This document shows, one piece after another, positions 18,538 to 28,427 of a DNA stretch of 64,000 nt; position 1 is the stretch's first letter; each line of letters opens with the position of its first letter. The notes under the pieces are model-generated. The model saw only the letters and a program-made list of their open reading frames with translations. It did no database searches and was not told the origin of the DNA. The stretch is from Spirochaetia bacterium (lineage in GTDB: Bacteria > Spirochaetota > Spirochaetia > UBA9216). The stretch lies in the NCBI GenBank assembly GCA_963677925.2, contig CAXXYH010000004.1, forward strand, positions 1,664,001-1,728,000, in the 5' to 3' direction. Made by a program: the position numbers and the translations under genes.

Positions 18538-19857
18538 ATGGCGAAGAAATATAATTTCAGTATTCCGAAGCTTGGCGAAGCCAAGATTAAGTCACCGATA
18601 CAGATGTCAAAGACATATGGCGACAGAATAGTCAATTATATAAGGGATGAGGAATGTATCCTCTACGACGTTGAAGTTGAAAAGGGTGAAGTACTGCCGG
18701 AATGCGACTCAAATTTCTGTCTGGAGAAATCCGGACCTCATGAACTGCTCTATTTCAACCCAGGTCATGTGCATGCCGGTGTTGTCACCTGCGGAGGACT
18801 ATGCCCGGGGCTTAATAATGTTATAAGGGCGATAGTACGGACTCTCTGGTACCAGTACGGCGTAAGACGCATCACCGGAATACGAAACGGTTACAGGGGA
18901 TTTCTTCCTGAGTATAATCTGCCGATAGTTGAGCTTAATCCTGATGTTGTTGACGATATCCATAATATGGGCGGGACCATGCTCGGTTCCTCCCGGGGCG
19001 GCGGTGAGATCGAAGAGGTCGTGGATGCTATTGAAAGGCTGAACATGAATATGCTTTTCACCATCGGCGGTGACGGCACAACCAAGGGTGCCATAGCCAT
19101 AAGCAATGAAATAGAAAAACGCGGTCTCAAGGTTGCCATCATCGGTATTCCAAAGACTATAGATAATGATTTGAGTTTTATTCAGCGTTCTTTCGGGTTT
19201 GAGACTGCGGTATCAAAGGCTGTTGAGTCGGTTGCTGCTGCCCATGTTGAAGCCAAGGACGCCTTTAACGGGATAGGCCTTGTGAAGCTGATGGGGCGTG
19301 AAAGCGGTTTTATCGCTGCCCACACGGCACTTGCAATGAGCGTGGTAAACTTTGTGCTCATCCCGGAAATTCCCTTTGACCTGCATGGTCCCAACGGTTT
19401 TCTGGAGCATCTGAAAAAGAGGATCAATGAGAAGCACCGGGCAGTAATTATTGTTGCCGAGGGTGCCGGCCAGGATATGCTGGAGGATCTGAAGCAGACT
19501 GATGATTCAGGCAATAAGACTCTTGGAAATATCGGCCGTTTTCTGAAAGAGCAGATAGCCGAATACTTTGATGAAGAAGGGCTTGAGGTGAATATCAAGT
19601 ACATCGATCCCAGTTATCTTATCAGAAGCACAGCTGCAGATGCCAATGATTCAATTTACTGTCTCAGGCTGGGTACTCACGCCGTTCATGCGGCTATGGC
19701 CGGAAAGACAAAGGCTCTTATCAGCATGGTCAATGACCGTTTTGTCCTTGTTCCGATGGAGCTTGCCGTTTCAAAGCGCAACTTTGTAGATCCCGAAGGC
19801 AGTTTATGGAGAGATGTTCTTCAGACAACAAGAATGCCGCTGACAATGAAAAACTGA
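18538..19857 (+). CDS. pfkA: ATP-dependent 6-phosphofructokinase (group X type)
   Basis: VTCGGLCPGLN, GGTMLGSSRG, GGDG (Gly indicates ATP), PKTIDND, KLMGRESG, YIDPSY. Confidence 0.93.
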   Translation: MAKKYNFSIPKLGEAKIKSPIQMSKTYGDRIVNYIRDEECILYDVEVEKGEVLPECDSNFCLEKSGPHELLYFNPGHVHAGVVTCGGLCPGLNNVIRAIVRTLWYQYGVRRITGIRNGYRGFLPEYNLPIVELNPDVVDDIHNMGGTMLGSSRGGGEIEEVVDAIERLNMNMLFTIGGDGTTKGAIAISNEIEKRGLKVAIIGIPKTIDNDLSFIQRSFGFETAVSKAVESVAAAHVEAKDAFNGIGLVKLMGRESGFIAAHTALAMSVVNFVLIPEIPFDLHGPNGFLEHLKKRINEKHRAVIIVAEGAGQDMLEDLKQTDDSGNKTLGNIGRFLKEQIAEYFDEEGLEVNIKYIDPSYLIRSTAADANDSIYCLRLGTHAVHAAMAGKTKALISMVNDRFVLVPMELAVSKRNFVDPEGSLWRDVLQTTRMPLTMKN

Positions 19858-19858
19858 T

Positions 19859-20665
19859 TTGATAGCAGTAATAGGCGATATTCACGGTAATCCTTATCCT
19901 CTGAAAAGGATTATGACGGCCCTTGGGCTTGTAGACGAAGATATGAACTGGAAGATGGCCGGAGTGTCGCTGGTTTTTACCGGTGATGTATGCGACCGCG
20001 GGACTGATTCTGCGATTATCTACAGCAGCATAATGAAATGGCAGCAGCAGGCTCCGTCCTTCGGTTCCTCGGTTGATTTCATTATAGGAAATCATGAAGT
20101 GATGAACATCTGCGGCTACTATTTTTATAATACCGAAGCTGAAACAAGATCATATGCAGAATCGGGTGACAGTGACGGCTCCGCGGAAAAATTGAAAGCC
20201 TTTTCCCCGGGCGGCTGGGTATACAGCTGGCTTTTAAAGCAGCATTTTATAGTAAAAAAAGGCCCCTTTATTATCGCGCATGCAGATTTTCCTGCTGAGT
20301 ATGCCGGAATGAATGTTGATGATGTAGAAAAAATCAGCTGGGAGCTGTTTGAAAAGTCGCTTAGATCCGGGGATCAGGGTGAAAACAGGATAATCTGGAG
20401 CCGTGAAGTGCGGAAGGCCGACCTGAACTACGAACTTGTACTGAGCGACTTTCTCAGGGCAAATGAAGCGGAAACCTGGGTTTGCGGTCATACCCCGTCG
20501 GTGGATGGGCAGATAAAAAGCCGCTTTGACGGCAGATATATCTGCGTTGATACAGCTATGAGCCTGAATGAGGCGAATGCGTCAGCGCTGATTTTTGAAA
20601 ATGATAAAATAAAGGCCGCCTATCTCAACTGGGACGGCAGCCTCTTAATCGATTCGGTTTACTGA
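19859..20665 (+). CDS. Metallophosphoesterase, Shewanella-like PPP phosphatase type
   Basis: GDIHG, GDVCDRG, GNHE, GHTP, VDTAMS. Confidence 0.85.
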   Translation: MIAVIGDIHGNPYPLKRIMTALGLVDEDMNWKMAGVSLVFTGDVCDRGTDSAIIYSSIMKWQQQAPSFGSSVDFIIGNHEVMNICGYYFYNTEAETRSYAESGDSDGSAEKLKAFSPGGWVYSWLLKQHFIVKKGPFIIAHADFPAEYAGMNVDDVEKISWELFEKSLRSGDQGENRIIWSREVRKADLNYELVLSDFLRANEAETWVCGHTPSVDGQIKSRFDGRYICVDTAMSLNEANASALIFENDKIKAAYLNWDGSLLIDSVY

Positions 20666-21730
20666 TCATCTGATACTGACGGTCAGTGATACCGGGTTGT
20701 GATCAGTGTATTCAAAGCCCAGATTAAATCCCCTTATGTCATCCACTCTAAGGTTGGGCGATACCAGAAACCCGTCAATTACAGTTGTAAAGTTTTCTCC
20801 GCCTCTGTATGGTTTTTCAAGTGATCTTGAGGTAGGAATATCTCTGTCGTAACACCACTGCCAGCCGTCGGGCGTCCATCCCTCCGGAATCGATTTGACC
20901 CAGAACAGGTTTTCTGCCGGGGTTGAATAGGGTCCGAAGCTGTCCATATCCATTCCCGGGAATATTGAGTTCCAGTCGCCGCCTGCAACAACATAATGTC
21001 CTTCATTGTACAGACCTGTAAGCAGCTGTTTTACATATTCAAGCTGCTGTTCTCTCATGCTGCCGTCGCCGTAGGCACTAAGATGAAGATTGATAATACA
21101 CCAGTCTTTGCCTTCAACCGCAGAAGGGAATCTTGTAATTACAGCGCATCTTTTAAGATGGAAAAGCTTAACAGGCCAGCTGAAACTGCCGGGCAGACTA
21201 AGCCGCTGTGCCGAATCCGCACTGAAGCGTGATAGTGTTAAAATTCCTGATTTAACCTTCCCCATAGGTGAGGAGGCGGGATAAGGTACAAAGAGTGATT
21301 TGTAGTTTATCCCGTAGTAGGTTTCATATTGACCAAATACTGAAGTAATGGTTTTAACCTGATCGATATTAAATGATCTCCGGGAACCGCTGTCGGCCTC
21401 CTGGATAAAATAAACATCAGGTTCCTGTCTCCGGGCAAATTCAAGTATTCCGTCAAGCGATTTTCTGACGGCTTCCGCTGACTCAGCTCTGCTGTTTTTG
21501 CCGCCCTCCATTACAAAATCATTATCCCTGTCCAGTCCGCAGTAGCCGATATTCCATGAAAGAATGCTGATTCCGCCCGGTTTTGATGTGGTTATAACTG
21601 GGCTGCTGATGGAACTGAGGTTTTCAACTGAATCTGGTTTATATTCTGTAAGTGTGAAAAAAAGAAGAAATGCAACAAAAAGTAATAGAATGACCGCTAT
21701 GGGTATAAGAACTGCCTTGATGATTTTCAT
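20666..21730 (-). CDS. Membrane-anchored endonuclease/exonuclease/phosphatase (EEP) family protein
   Basis: SWNIGY, FIQEAD, NLHLSAY, GGDWN, IDGFLVS, TDHNPV; N-terminal TM anchor. Confidence 0.9.
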   Translation of the reverse strand: MKIIKAVLIPIAVILLLFVAFLLFFTLTEYKPDSVENLSSISSPVITTSKPGGISILSWNIGYCGLDRDNDFVMEGGKNSRAESAEAVRKSLDGILEFARRQEPDVYFIQEADSGSRRSFNIDQVKTITSVFGQYETYYGINYKSLFVPYPASSPMGKVKSGILTLSRFSADSAQRLSLPGSFSWPVKLFHLKRCAVITRFPSAVEGKDWCIINLHLSAYGDGSMREQQLEYVKQLLTGLYNEGHYVVAGGDWNSIFPGMDMDSFGPYSTPAENLFWVKSIPEGWTPDGWQWCYDRDIPTSRSLEKPYRGGENFTTVIDGFLVSPNLRVDDIRGFNLGFEYTDHNPVSLTVSIR

Positions 21731-21789
21731 TTTTATCCGTCCGGAAAAATTATAACTTTTTTTTGAATGATTTGTAACCTTTACCAGGC

Positions 21790-22040
21790 TATGTTGTTCC
21801 TATTTATGAAGCGTGGAGTTTTTTTCATTAACCTCCTTTTTTTTAGATATTCCCCTCAGGGTTTTGCTACCTCCTTTCCCCTGAGGGGCTTTTTTTTAAA
21901 TCTCCCCCTGAAAATTAGTTTAAACGCCTCTTTTTTCAACCAACCTCCGGAAACGTCTAAACAGCTCCTCTATTAATCAACCTTTGTGTGAAAAAAATAA
22001 TCTTTGATAAGTTATGAATTGTTCTCTCATTTTGGATGTG
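21790..22040. ncRNA. Candidate structured RNA or long 5' leader with GGAGG (minus strand) / CCTCC (plus strand) motifs
   Basis: Hairpins at 21852-21888 and 21918-21962, each with the motif in the loop; minus-strand promoter TTGCAT-16-TAGAAT (22073-22046); plus-strand T8 after the first hairpin. Confidence 0.4.
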
Positions 22041-22151
22041 AATTTATTCTAAACCAGAATTGTAAAAATGCAAGGAAAATCTTCACAAATTTGTAAAATT
22101 ATGTCCCTTTCATTGCGTGACACCGCAATAATTGTACGTTATTATTAATTC

Positions 22152-22514
22152 ATGAGTATCAAGATAGATAAACCTTCGGTGGTTGAATCTGCCGGAAACA
22201 TGCCCAAGCGTATTGAAGAGTTCTTCGGGCTGGTCAACAGCGGGGACAGCAATGTCAGTATTGCAAGGATGAAGAGTCCTGGCGGCTGGGTAGAACCGGG
22301 GCAGCGTCCCGAATTTGATGAGTATACAGTTGTTCTTGCAGGCAGCCTTCTCGTAGAAACAGAAACGGGGAATTTTACAGTAAGCGCAGGTGAAGCTGTG
22401 CATATGGCTGCAGGTGAATGGGTCCGCTACAGCTCACCCGGGGCTGAAGGCGCTGAGTACATTGCCGTCTGCCTTCCTGCTTTCTCTCCGGATACAGTGA
22501 GGCGCGATGACTGA
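22152..22514 (+). CDS. Cupin domain protein (EutQ-like)
   Basis: GWVEPGQRPEFDEYTVVLAG, WVRYSSP, YIAVCLPAFSP. Confidence 0.85.
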   Translation: MSIKIDKPSVVESAGNMPKRIEEFFGLVNSGDSNVSIARMKSPGGWVEPGQRPEFDEYTVVLAGSLLVETETGNFTVSAGEAVHMAAGEWVRYSSPGAEGAEYIAVCLPAFSPDTVRRDD

Positions 22515-23835
22515 CCGCGGAAGACCGGACCGGCCTTCCGCCCTACTGATATATCCGAATGTCTATGAGTTTGCACTATTTGATCTCTATCTCAAACCCT
22601 ATGGACTGATGCGGCTGCATGCAATGCTGTCGGCGGCAGGCTGGAAAGTTGAACTTATAAACTCTCTTGAACACGCACCCGGGAAGACCAAAGAAAACGG
22701 AACGGGGAAGTTTATAAGAACTCTTGTTGAAAAACCTGATTCACTTAAAAATATTCCCCGTAATTTTGCCTGCTACGGTATCGGTCCGGTAGAGCTTGAA
22801 CGCCGGATGTCGGGACAAACACCGGATGCTGTGTTTATCTCAACGGGTATGACATACTGGTACAAAGGGGCGGCAGAGGCAGCCGAAATTTCTAAAAAGC
22901 TGTGGCCTGATGTTCCGATTATTACAGGCGGAGTTTATGCAAGCCTCATGCCAGAACATTGTGCGGCTGTCACAGGCTCTGATTTTATTAATACCGGAAC
23001 AGCCGGAACTGAGCTTGACCTATGGCTGAAGGACAGGAGCCTTCCGGGGATATCTTTCGGAACTGGGATGCTTCCCTCTGACGGGCCTGTCTGGGATCAT
23101 TCTGCAATAATCAATCTTAATTCGGGGTGTCCGCTGCGCTGTGATTACTGCGCTTCTTTTAAACTTACCGACGGCTTTCATCAGGGCCGTCCGGATACTG
23201 CAGTCGAATGGGTAAAAATGGTTCACAGAGCCCACGGTACGGTTAATTTTGCCTTCTATGACGATGCGCTTCTTTTCAGTTCAGATGATGTGTTCAAACC
23301 CTTTCTTGAAGGGATAATTCGTGAATCAGAGAAGAGGGGTGTTCAATACAGGTTTTATTCACCGAATGCCATGCACATCCGCTATCTGGATACTGAAGCT
23401 GCAGCTCTGATGAAGAAGGCCGGATTTCAGGAAATCCGCCTGGGCTTTGAGAGCTCCTCTGATGATTTTCATGAGAACCATGACAGAAAGTTCGGTATTC
23501 AGGATTTTTATGACCGGATACAAATGCTTACCGATGCAGGGTTTGAGAAAAATCAGATAATCGTCTACCTGCTGGCAGGTATGCCGCTGCAGAAAGCGGA
23601 TGAAGTTGAGCAGTCTATAAGCTTTGCTTCAAGAACAGGGGTAAGACTCTCGGTTTCCGAGTTTTCACCGGTTCCCGGGTCTCCATTATGGGAAGAATGT
23701 GTGAGAGAATGCCGGTATCCGATTGAGGAAGAGCCGCTGTTTCACAACAACAGCTTCTTCCCCATGGAATGGGAAGGCTTTACGCGCGCTGATATGCAGC
23801 GGCTTAAAGTTCTTTCGAAGAAGCCTGCATACTGA
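22507..23835 (+). CDS. Cobalamin-binding radical SAM protein
   Basis: N-terminal B12-binding-like region (PYGL, MTYWY, GGVYA); CPLRCDYC; FYDD; RLGFES. Confidence 0.88.
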   Translation: MTDRGRPDRPSALLIYPNVYEFALFDLYLKPYGLMRLHAMLSAAGWKVELINSLEHAPGKTKENGTGKFIRTLVEKPDSLKNIPRNFACYGIGPVELERRMSGQTPDAVFISTGMTYWYKGAAEAAEISKKLWPDVPIITGGVYASLMPEHCAAVTGSDFINTGTAGTELDLWLKDRSLPGISFGTGMLPSDGPVWDHSAIINLNSGCPLRCDYCASFKLTDGFHQGRPDTAVEWVKMVHRAHGTVNFAFYDDALLFSSDDVFKPFLEGIIRESEKRGVQYRFYSPNAMHIRYLDTEAAALMKKAGFQEIRLGFESSSDDFHENHDRKFGIQDFYDRIQMLTDAGFEKNQIIVYLLAGMPLQKADEVEQSISFASRTGVRLSVSEFSPVPGSPLWEECVRECRYPIEEEPLFHNNSFFPMEWEGFTRADMQRLKVLSKKPAY

Positions 23836-24892
23836 GGCTTTTTACAATATCCTGGACGGCCTGCATCGGCATCTGCTCTTTATTTAGGATGCGGTAGACA
23901 GCCTCGGATATCGGAAGTTTCAGTTTTGATATTTCGGTTATCTGTTTAACAAATCTGGCGGCAACAACGCCCTCCGGCAGATATCCGATTTTTGAAATGT
24001 TGGCGATAAGATCATCAAGTCCGTCAAAGCTGTCAAGGGCATGTGCCTTGATTATCTCACGTCCGAATTTACGGTTTCTGCCGTGAATACTTCGGCAGGT
24101 AACATCAAGGTCGCCGACCCCCGCAATGCTTGTGAAGGTTTCAGGGTATTCTGAACCCAGGGTTTTTCCGAGTATCTGAATCTCGTTAAGACCCGCAGCA
24201 AGAAGCAGCGATTCGGTATTATCACCGAAGTTGTCCGATATTTCACTCAGCGCATCAAGTATTCCGTAGGCAATTGCAATAACGTTTTTCACTGCCCCGC
24301 AGGTCTGAACACCCTCTACATCAAGAGATGAGTAGACAAGGAGGTTTGAACCTGTAAGCAGTTCCCTGAATCTGATAGAGTTCAGGCCGCTCTTGCTCGC
24401 GCTGATAAGCCCGGTAATCTTTCCCCTTGATACTTCTTCGGCATGGCTCGGGCCGGATATGTAAACCAGGCTGTCCTTGTAGAATCCTGGCAGGTACGAC
24501 TCCATAGCCCTTGTGATAAGCATGGGCCCTGTAGGAGTCTGTATAAACCCCTTGGTAAGTACTCCGATTGCCGGTTTCCCTTCCATTATGTCGGGGATGG
24601 GTACGAGCTTCTTCACTATATCCAGAATGTACAGTGAGGGAGTTGCAATAATTATAAAATCTTTACCTGAAACGGCTTCTGCCAGCTCCGTTGTCGCTTT
24701 TACAGTTTCCGCCAGATTGACTCCCAGCAGATAGCGGGAATTTGAGTGTTTGCTGTTTATCTCGGTGACGACATCGGCCATGAAATCCCACATAGTTACA
24801 TCATGTCCCAAATCTCCAAGTACTTTTCCGATTGCAGTGCCCCAGGCTCCTGCGTTTATTATGCCGACTTTCTTGCCGTTTGGTTTCTCCAT
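23804..24892 (-). CDS. gpsA: NAD(P)H-dependent glycerol-3-phosphate dehydrogenase
   Basis: NAGAWGTA, TKG, SGPSHAEEV, GAVKNVIAIA, GVGDLDVTC, RNRKFG, EG. Start set at ATG 24892. Confidence 0.93.
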   Translation of the reverse strand: MEKPNGKKVGIINAGAWGTAIGKVLGDLGHDVTMWDFMADVVTEINSKHSNSRYLLGVNLAETVKATTELAEAVSGKDFIIIATPSLYILDIVKKLVPIPDIMEGKPAIGVLTKGFIQTPTGPMLITRAMESYLPGFYKDSLVYISGPSHAEEVSRGKITGLISASKSGLNSIRFRELLTGSNLLVYSSLDVEGVQTCGAVKNVIAIAYGILDALSEISDNFGDNTESLLLAAGLNEIQILGKTLGSEYPETFTSIAGVGDLDVTCRSIHGRNRKFGREIIKAHALDSFDGLDDLIANISKIGYLPEGVVAARFVKQITEISKLKLPISEAVYRILNKEQMPMQAVQDIVKSLSMQASSKEL

Positions 24893-24899
24893 AAAAAAA

Positions 24900-26684
24900 T
24901 TACCCCATGTTTCTGCTGCAGAGTTCTTCAAACTCATCGACCTTTTTCTCAATAAGGCCGATACCCTGCATCCAGAAGTCTTTACTTGTTATATCAAAGC
25001 CGGCTGTTAATGTCACCTGTTCTGCGCTTGCTTTTCCGGTCATAAGAAGCAGATCGCGGTATTTTTCGGGGAAAGAATCCACTTCATTGAGGTAGAGCGA
25101 GTAGAGTCCCATGCCGAAGAGTTTTCCGAAAGCGTAGGGAAAGTTGTAAAATGCCAGGTCCTGCCGATAGTAATGTCCCTTTACCGCCCACATGTAGGGG
25201 TGCATATAATCGGGATCCATGGCATCTCCATAGGTCTGATTCTGTGCATCAATCATTATGCTGCAGAAGTCAGAAGCAGAGAGTTCGCCGGTCTTTCGTC
25301 TCTCCATAACTTCCTTTTCAAAGATAAACCGTGAGAGGATGTCGACGACGACCTGATTTGCTTCCATCAGTTCGGTTTCAATAATTCCCAGTTTGTCACC
25401 TTCGGGGGCGGTTTTAAGCGATTCCTCAAAGACAATGGTCTCGCAGAAGATTGAAGCCGTTTCTGCGAGCGTCATAGGAAAGTCGCGGTGGAGTCCTTCC
25501 TCGTTTTTAAGAACATGGTTATGGTATGCATGTCCAAGTTCGTGGGCAACTGTTGTAAGTCCGCTGAAAGAGCCGTCAAAGTTGCTCATTATTCTGGATG
25601 ATCCGGAGAGGGGCAGACCGGCACAGTATGCTCCGCCTATCTTGTTTTTACGCGGAAGGGCGTCAATCCAGCCTTCGCTGAAGGCTCTTGATGCAAGCAA
25701 ACCGAGATCGCCGCTGAACGCGGTAAATTTTTCTACAATAAAATCCGAGGCTTCTTCAAAGCTCCAGATCTTATCCGATGTTCCCACAGGAGCGAAGAGA
25801 TCGAAGAAGGGCAGGGTTTTTCTGCCGAGCAGGCCGGCCTTAAGCCGCATATATCGTCTGAATACCGGCAGTGAATTTGTCAGCGAAGCGATAAGGGCTT
25901 CAAGTGTTTCTTTGCTTATTCTGGACTGCATGGTTGAACGTTCGAGTGTTGATTCAAAGCTGCGTCTTGAGTTCACAGCAGTACTGAATCCCTTTACTCC
26001 GTTGAGGGCAAAGGCCAGAGGGACTTCGTTATCCTTCCATATTACATTCTCCAGTTGCCAGGCTCTTTTTCTTGTTTCAGCATCAGGAGAGAAGGCCAGA
26101 GCCCGCAGCTGGGTAGCTGTTTTCATCTCTCCTGTTTTCTCATCCCAGAGAGCTGATGCTGTGGAAGTAATATTATTATGCAGTCTTGTCCATGATTCAG
26201 CCCCGCATCTGGCCAGATCTGCGGCAAGTTCTTCCATCCCGGCTGACATCTGGTGTTTCTGAAGAAGCAGCTCCTCTTCAAAGAAGAATGAGAATTTCGA
26301 GAGATACGGGTCGTTCTTAATCAGTCCGGTTATTTTTTCACCTTCAGAAGCAAGCAGATCTCTGAACTTCACTCTGAAGGACTGCAGGGGTACCGACATG
26401 CCCTCAACTTCATTCATTTCGTTCAGGCTTTTCTGGTCGGATGTGTCGACGGAATGGCAGCAGTATATATAGGAATCGAGTTCTTCATAACGGTCGAAGG
26501 CCGCATTGTACATCTGCATTATTTCTGCAAGTTTTTCTGCGGTAAGAGAGCCGCTGTGATCTGAGACCGTTCTATTAAGCTTTTGTGTAAATTCTTTAAG
26601 TTCATTTTTAAGTGCAATATAAGCGGGGTCATCAAACCCCTTGTAGGGATTTTCCGATTTCCATTTTGGAATATCATTATTCAT
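24900..26684 (-). CDS. pepF: M3B oligoendopeptidase F
   Basis: WIDALPRKNKIGGAYC, HELGHAYH, LAETASIF, HYY...FYNFPYAFG. Confidence 0.92.
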   Translation of the reverse strand: MNNDIPKWKSENPYKGFDDPAYIALKNELKEFTQKLNRTVSDHSGSLTAEKLAEIMQMYNAAFDRYEELDSYIYCCHSVDTSDQKSLNEMNEVEGMSVPLQSFRVKFRDLLASEGEKITGLIKNDPYLSKFSFFFEEELLLQKHQMSAGMEELAADLARCGAESWTRLHNNITSTASALWDEKTGEMKTATQLRALAFSPDAETRKRAWQLENVIWKDNEVPLAFALNGVKGFSTAVNSRRSFESTLERSTMQSRISKETLEALIASLTNSLPVFRRYMRLKAGLLGRKTLPFFDLFAPVGTSDKIWSFEEASDFIVEKFTAFSGDLGLLASRAFSEGWIDALPRKNKIGGAYCAGLPLSGSSRIMSNFDGSFSGLTTVAHELGHAYHNHVLKNEEGLHRDFPMTLAETASIFCETIVFEESLKTAPEGDKLGIIETELMEANQVVVDILSRFIFEKEVMERRKTGELSASDFCSIMIDAQNQTYGDAMDPDYMHPYMWAVKGHYYRQDLAFYNFPYAFGKLFGMGLYSLYLNEVDSFPEKYRDLLLMTGKASAEQVTLTAGFDITSKDFWMQGIGLIEKKVDEFEELCSRNMG

Positions 26685-26775
26685 AATTACTCCTTGTCTG
26701 CGGAAATTATAAATCCCTTAATCACAATAGGCAATAGAGATAAAGTGTGCTATATTTTCCATCGAGGTAAGACAC

Positions 26776-28266
26776 GTGAAGTCAAAAGTTTTATTACTTG
26801 CATTCTGTTTCCTGCTTTCGGTTTTTAACGTTTCAGCAGAAAAGACCTACAAGGGAATCCGGTATACAGATCTTAACAATGGACAGAGCCTGAATGGTAC
26901 TATCGATCTTTCCGGCAGTTTTGCAGAGCAATCTGAAAACTTCAGGATACGAATCCCGAAAAACGCCTACGGCCTGAGGATCAGCCTTTCCGGTGCATCA
27001 GCGGATCTGGACCTCTTTATCAACCCTGGTGCTCCTGCCGAACAGGCCTCAGAGGCCCTTTATATTGCAGAAACTGAGGATTATAACGAAGAACTCTTTG
27101 TTACAAGGATGGATGAACCCGGCCTTGATACCGGTATCTACTTTGTGAAGGTGGCCTACCAGTTCGATTATCTTCCGGTGATTGACGGTGAAACCCATAC
27201 TTCGGTTGATTTTTCCATTAAATGCGAAATTATCTCTGCAGATCCGCAGGTTACTGTGCTTGAAGGTCAACGCTACGACCTTGAACTGCTGCCTGAGAAC
27301 GGAATGTACCTTACAGCCGCTGTTAACATTCCGGCCGGAACAGAGAGTGTCAGAATTGATGTTTTTGATACAAAAGCTGATATTGATATATTTGCTTCAA
27401 TGAAAACCCCGGCCAAGACCCGGGTAGAGGCGATGTATGCGGCTGAAAGCCTTCTCGGCAATGAAAGCCTGGTTATCCGGGGAATGGACGGTGCCAGACT
27501 GATTCCGGGAAAGTATTTCATTTCTTTTACCGATCAGGTTGTCCATGATATACCTCAAAAGTTTTCTGTTTACATTACATACGGGCCAGAAGCTCCGGCG
27601 GACCTTCTGCAGATCCCTTCTGCTCCATCGGAAGACAGCAGTTTCGGTTCGGCGCTGCAGTCGGTGGTAGAGGTGATATCATCAAAAGGAAAGGGCTCCG
27701 GCTGCCTTGTAAGCAGTGACGGTCTGATAATAACCAACTGGCATGTAATCCGCGGTCCTGACGGGAATCCGTCTGAAGAGCTGTACGCTGCTTTGACCTT
27801 TGATGAACGCTATCCGCCTCAGGAACTGTTCAGTCTTTCGGTACTGGAGTACGATGAAGAACTCGACCTTGCCCTGCTGAAAGTCAGCGGCGGACTCTAC
27901 GGCCAGGAGCTTCCCTACGGCTACAGTTTTCCCTTTCTGAGTATCGGCGATTCATCAAAGCTCCGCATAGGCCAGCCTGTTGGAACCATAGGCTTTCCCG
28001 CAATCGGCGGCAGCGGTTCCAGAACCTCAGTTACATTTACAACCGGTATAGTAAGCGGTTTTGAACTCACCTCAAGCGGTCTGCTGGTGAAAACCGACAG
28101 CCTTATCAACAGCGGGAACTCTGGAGGGGCTGTTATAGACAGTTACTTCGAGCTTATCGGTTTTCCAGGTTTTGTTATCGATTCTGATAACAGTTCAATG
28201 GGCTACATATACCCTGTTTCGATGATACCGGAAGCCTGGATGAGGATGATAAAAGCTGCTTCGTAA
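26776..28266 (+). CDS. Exported trypsin-like (S1) serine protease with two N-terminal PPC-like domains
   Basis: Signal peptide; ADLDLF and ADIDIF PPC-like repeats; catalytic triad motifs TNWHV, DLALL, NSGNSGG. Confidence 0.88.
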   Translation: MKSKVLLLAFCFLLSVFNVSAEKTYKGIRYTDLNNGQSLNGTIDLSGSFAEQSENFRIRIPKNAYGLRISLSGASADLDLFINPGAPAEQASEALYIAETEDYNEELFVTRMDEPGLDTGIYFVKVAYQFDYLPVIDGETHTSVDFSIKCEIISADPQVTVLEGQRYDLELLPENGMYLTAAVNIPAGTESVRIDVFDTKADIDIFASMKTPAKTRVEAMYAAESLLGNESLVIRGMDGARLIPGKYFISFTDQVVHDIPQKFSVYITYGPEAPADLLQIPSAPSEDSSFGSALQSVVEVISSKGKGSGCLVSSDGLIITNWHVIRGPDGNPSEELYAALTFDERYPPQELFSLSVLEYDEELDLALLKVSGGLYGQELPYGYSFPFLSIGDSSKLRIGQPVGTIGFPAIGGSGSRTSVTFTTGIVSGFELTSSGLLVKTDSLINSGNSGGAVIDSYFELIGFPGFVIDSDNSSMGYIYPVSMIPEAWMRMIKAAS

Positions 28267-28291
28267 TAGATGCTTAAACTGTGTAAAATGC

Positions 28292-28330
28292 GGGTTGAGC
28301 GGAACAAATGTTCTGTTCAGCCCTTTTTTT
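28292..28330 (+). terminator. Intrinsic terminator whose apex contains the palindrome GAACAAATGTTC
   Basis: GGGTTGAGCGGAAC-AAAT-GTTCTGTTCAGCCC-T7 with G-U pairs on the plus strand. Confidence 0.8.
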
Positions 28331-28427
28331 GTGCTGCATATCCGCACATTGGTTACAGACTAAAAAAATGCACAATTGTCAAACTTTTTAGTTGATTTTC
28401 TCTACAATATATGGTTAAAGTTATGCA

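Noticed and set aside
21767-21976. 69-aa Phe-rich plus-strand ORF
   Set aside because: No SD; its composition reflects T-tracts and hairpins; it runs through a terminator-like structure.
25393-26262. 289-aa plus-strand ORF
   Set aside because: Lies fully antisense to pepF; Ser-rich with no motifs; a shadow ORF.
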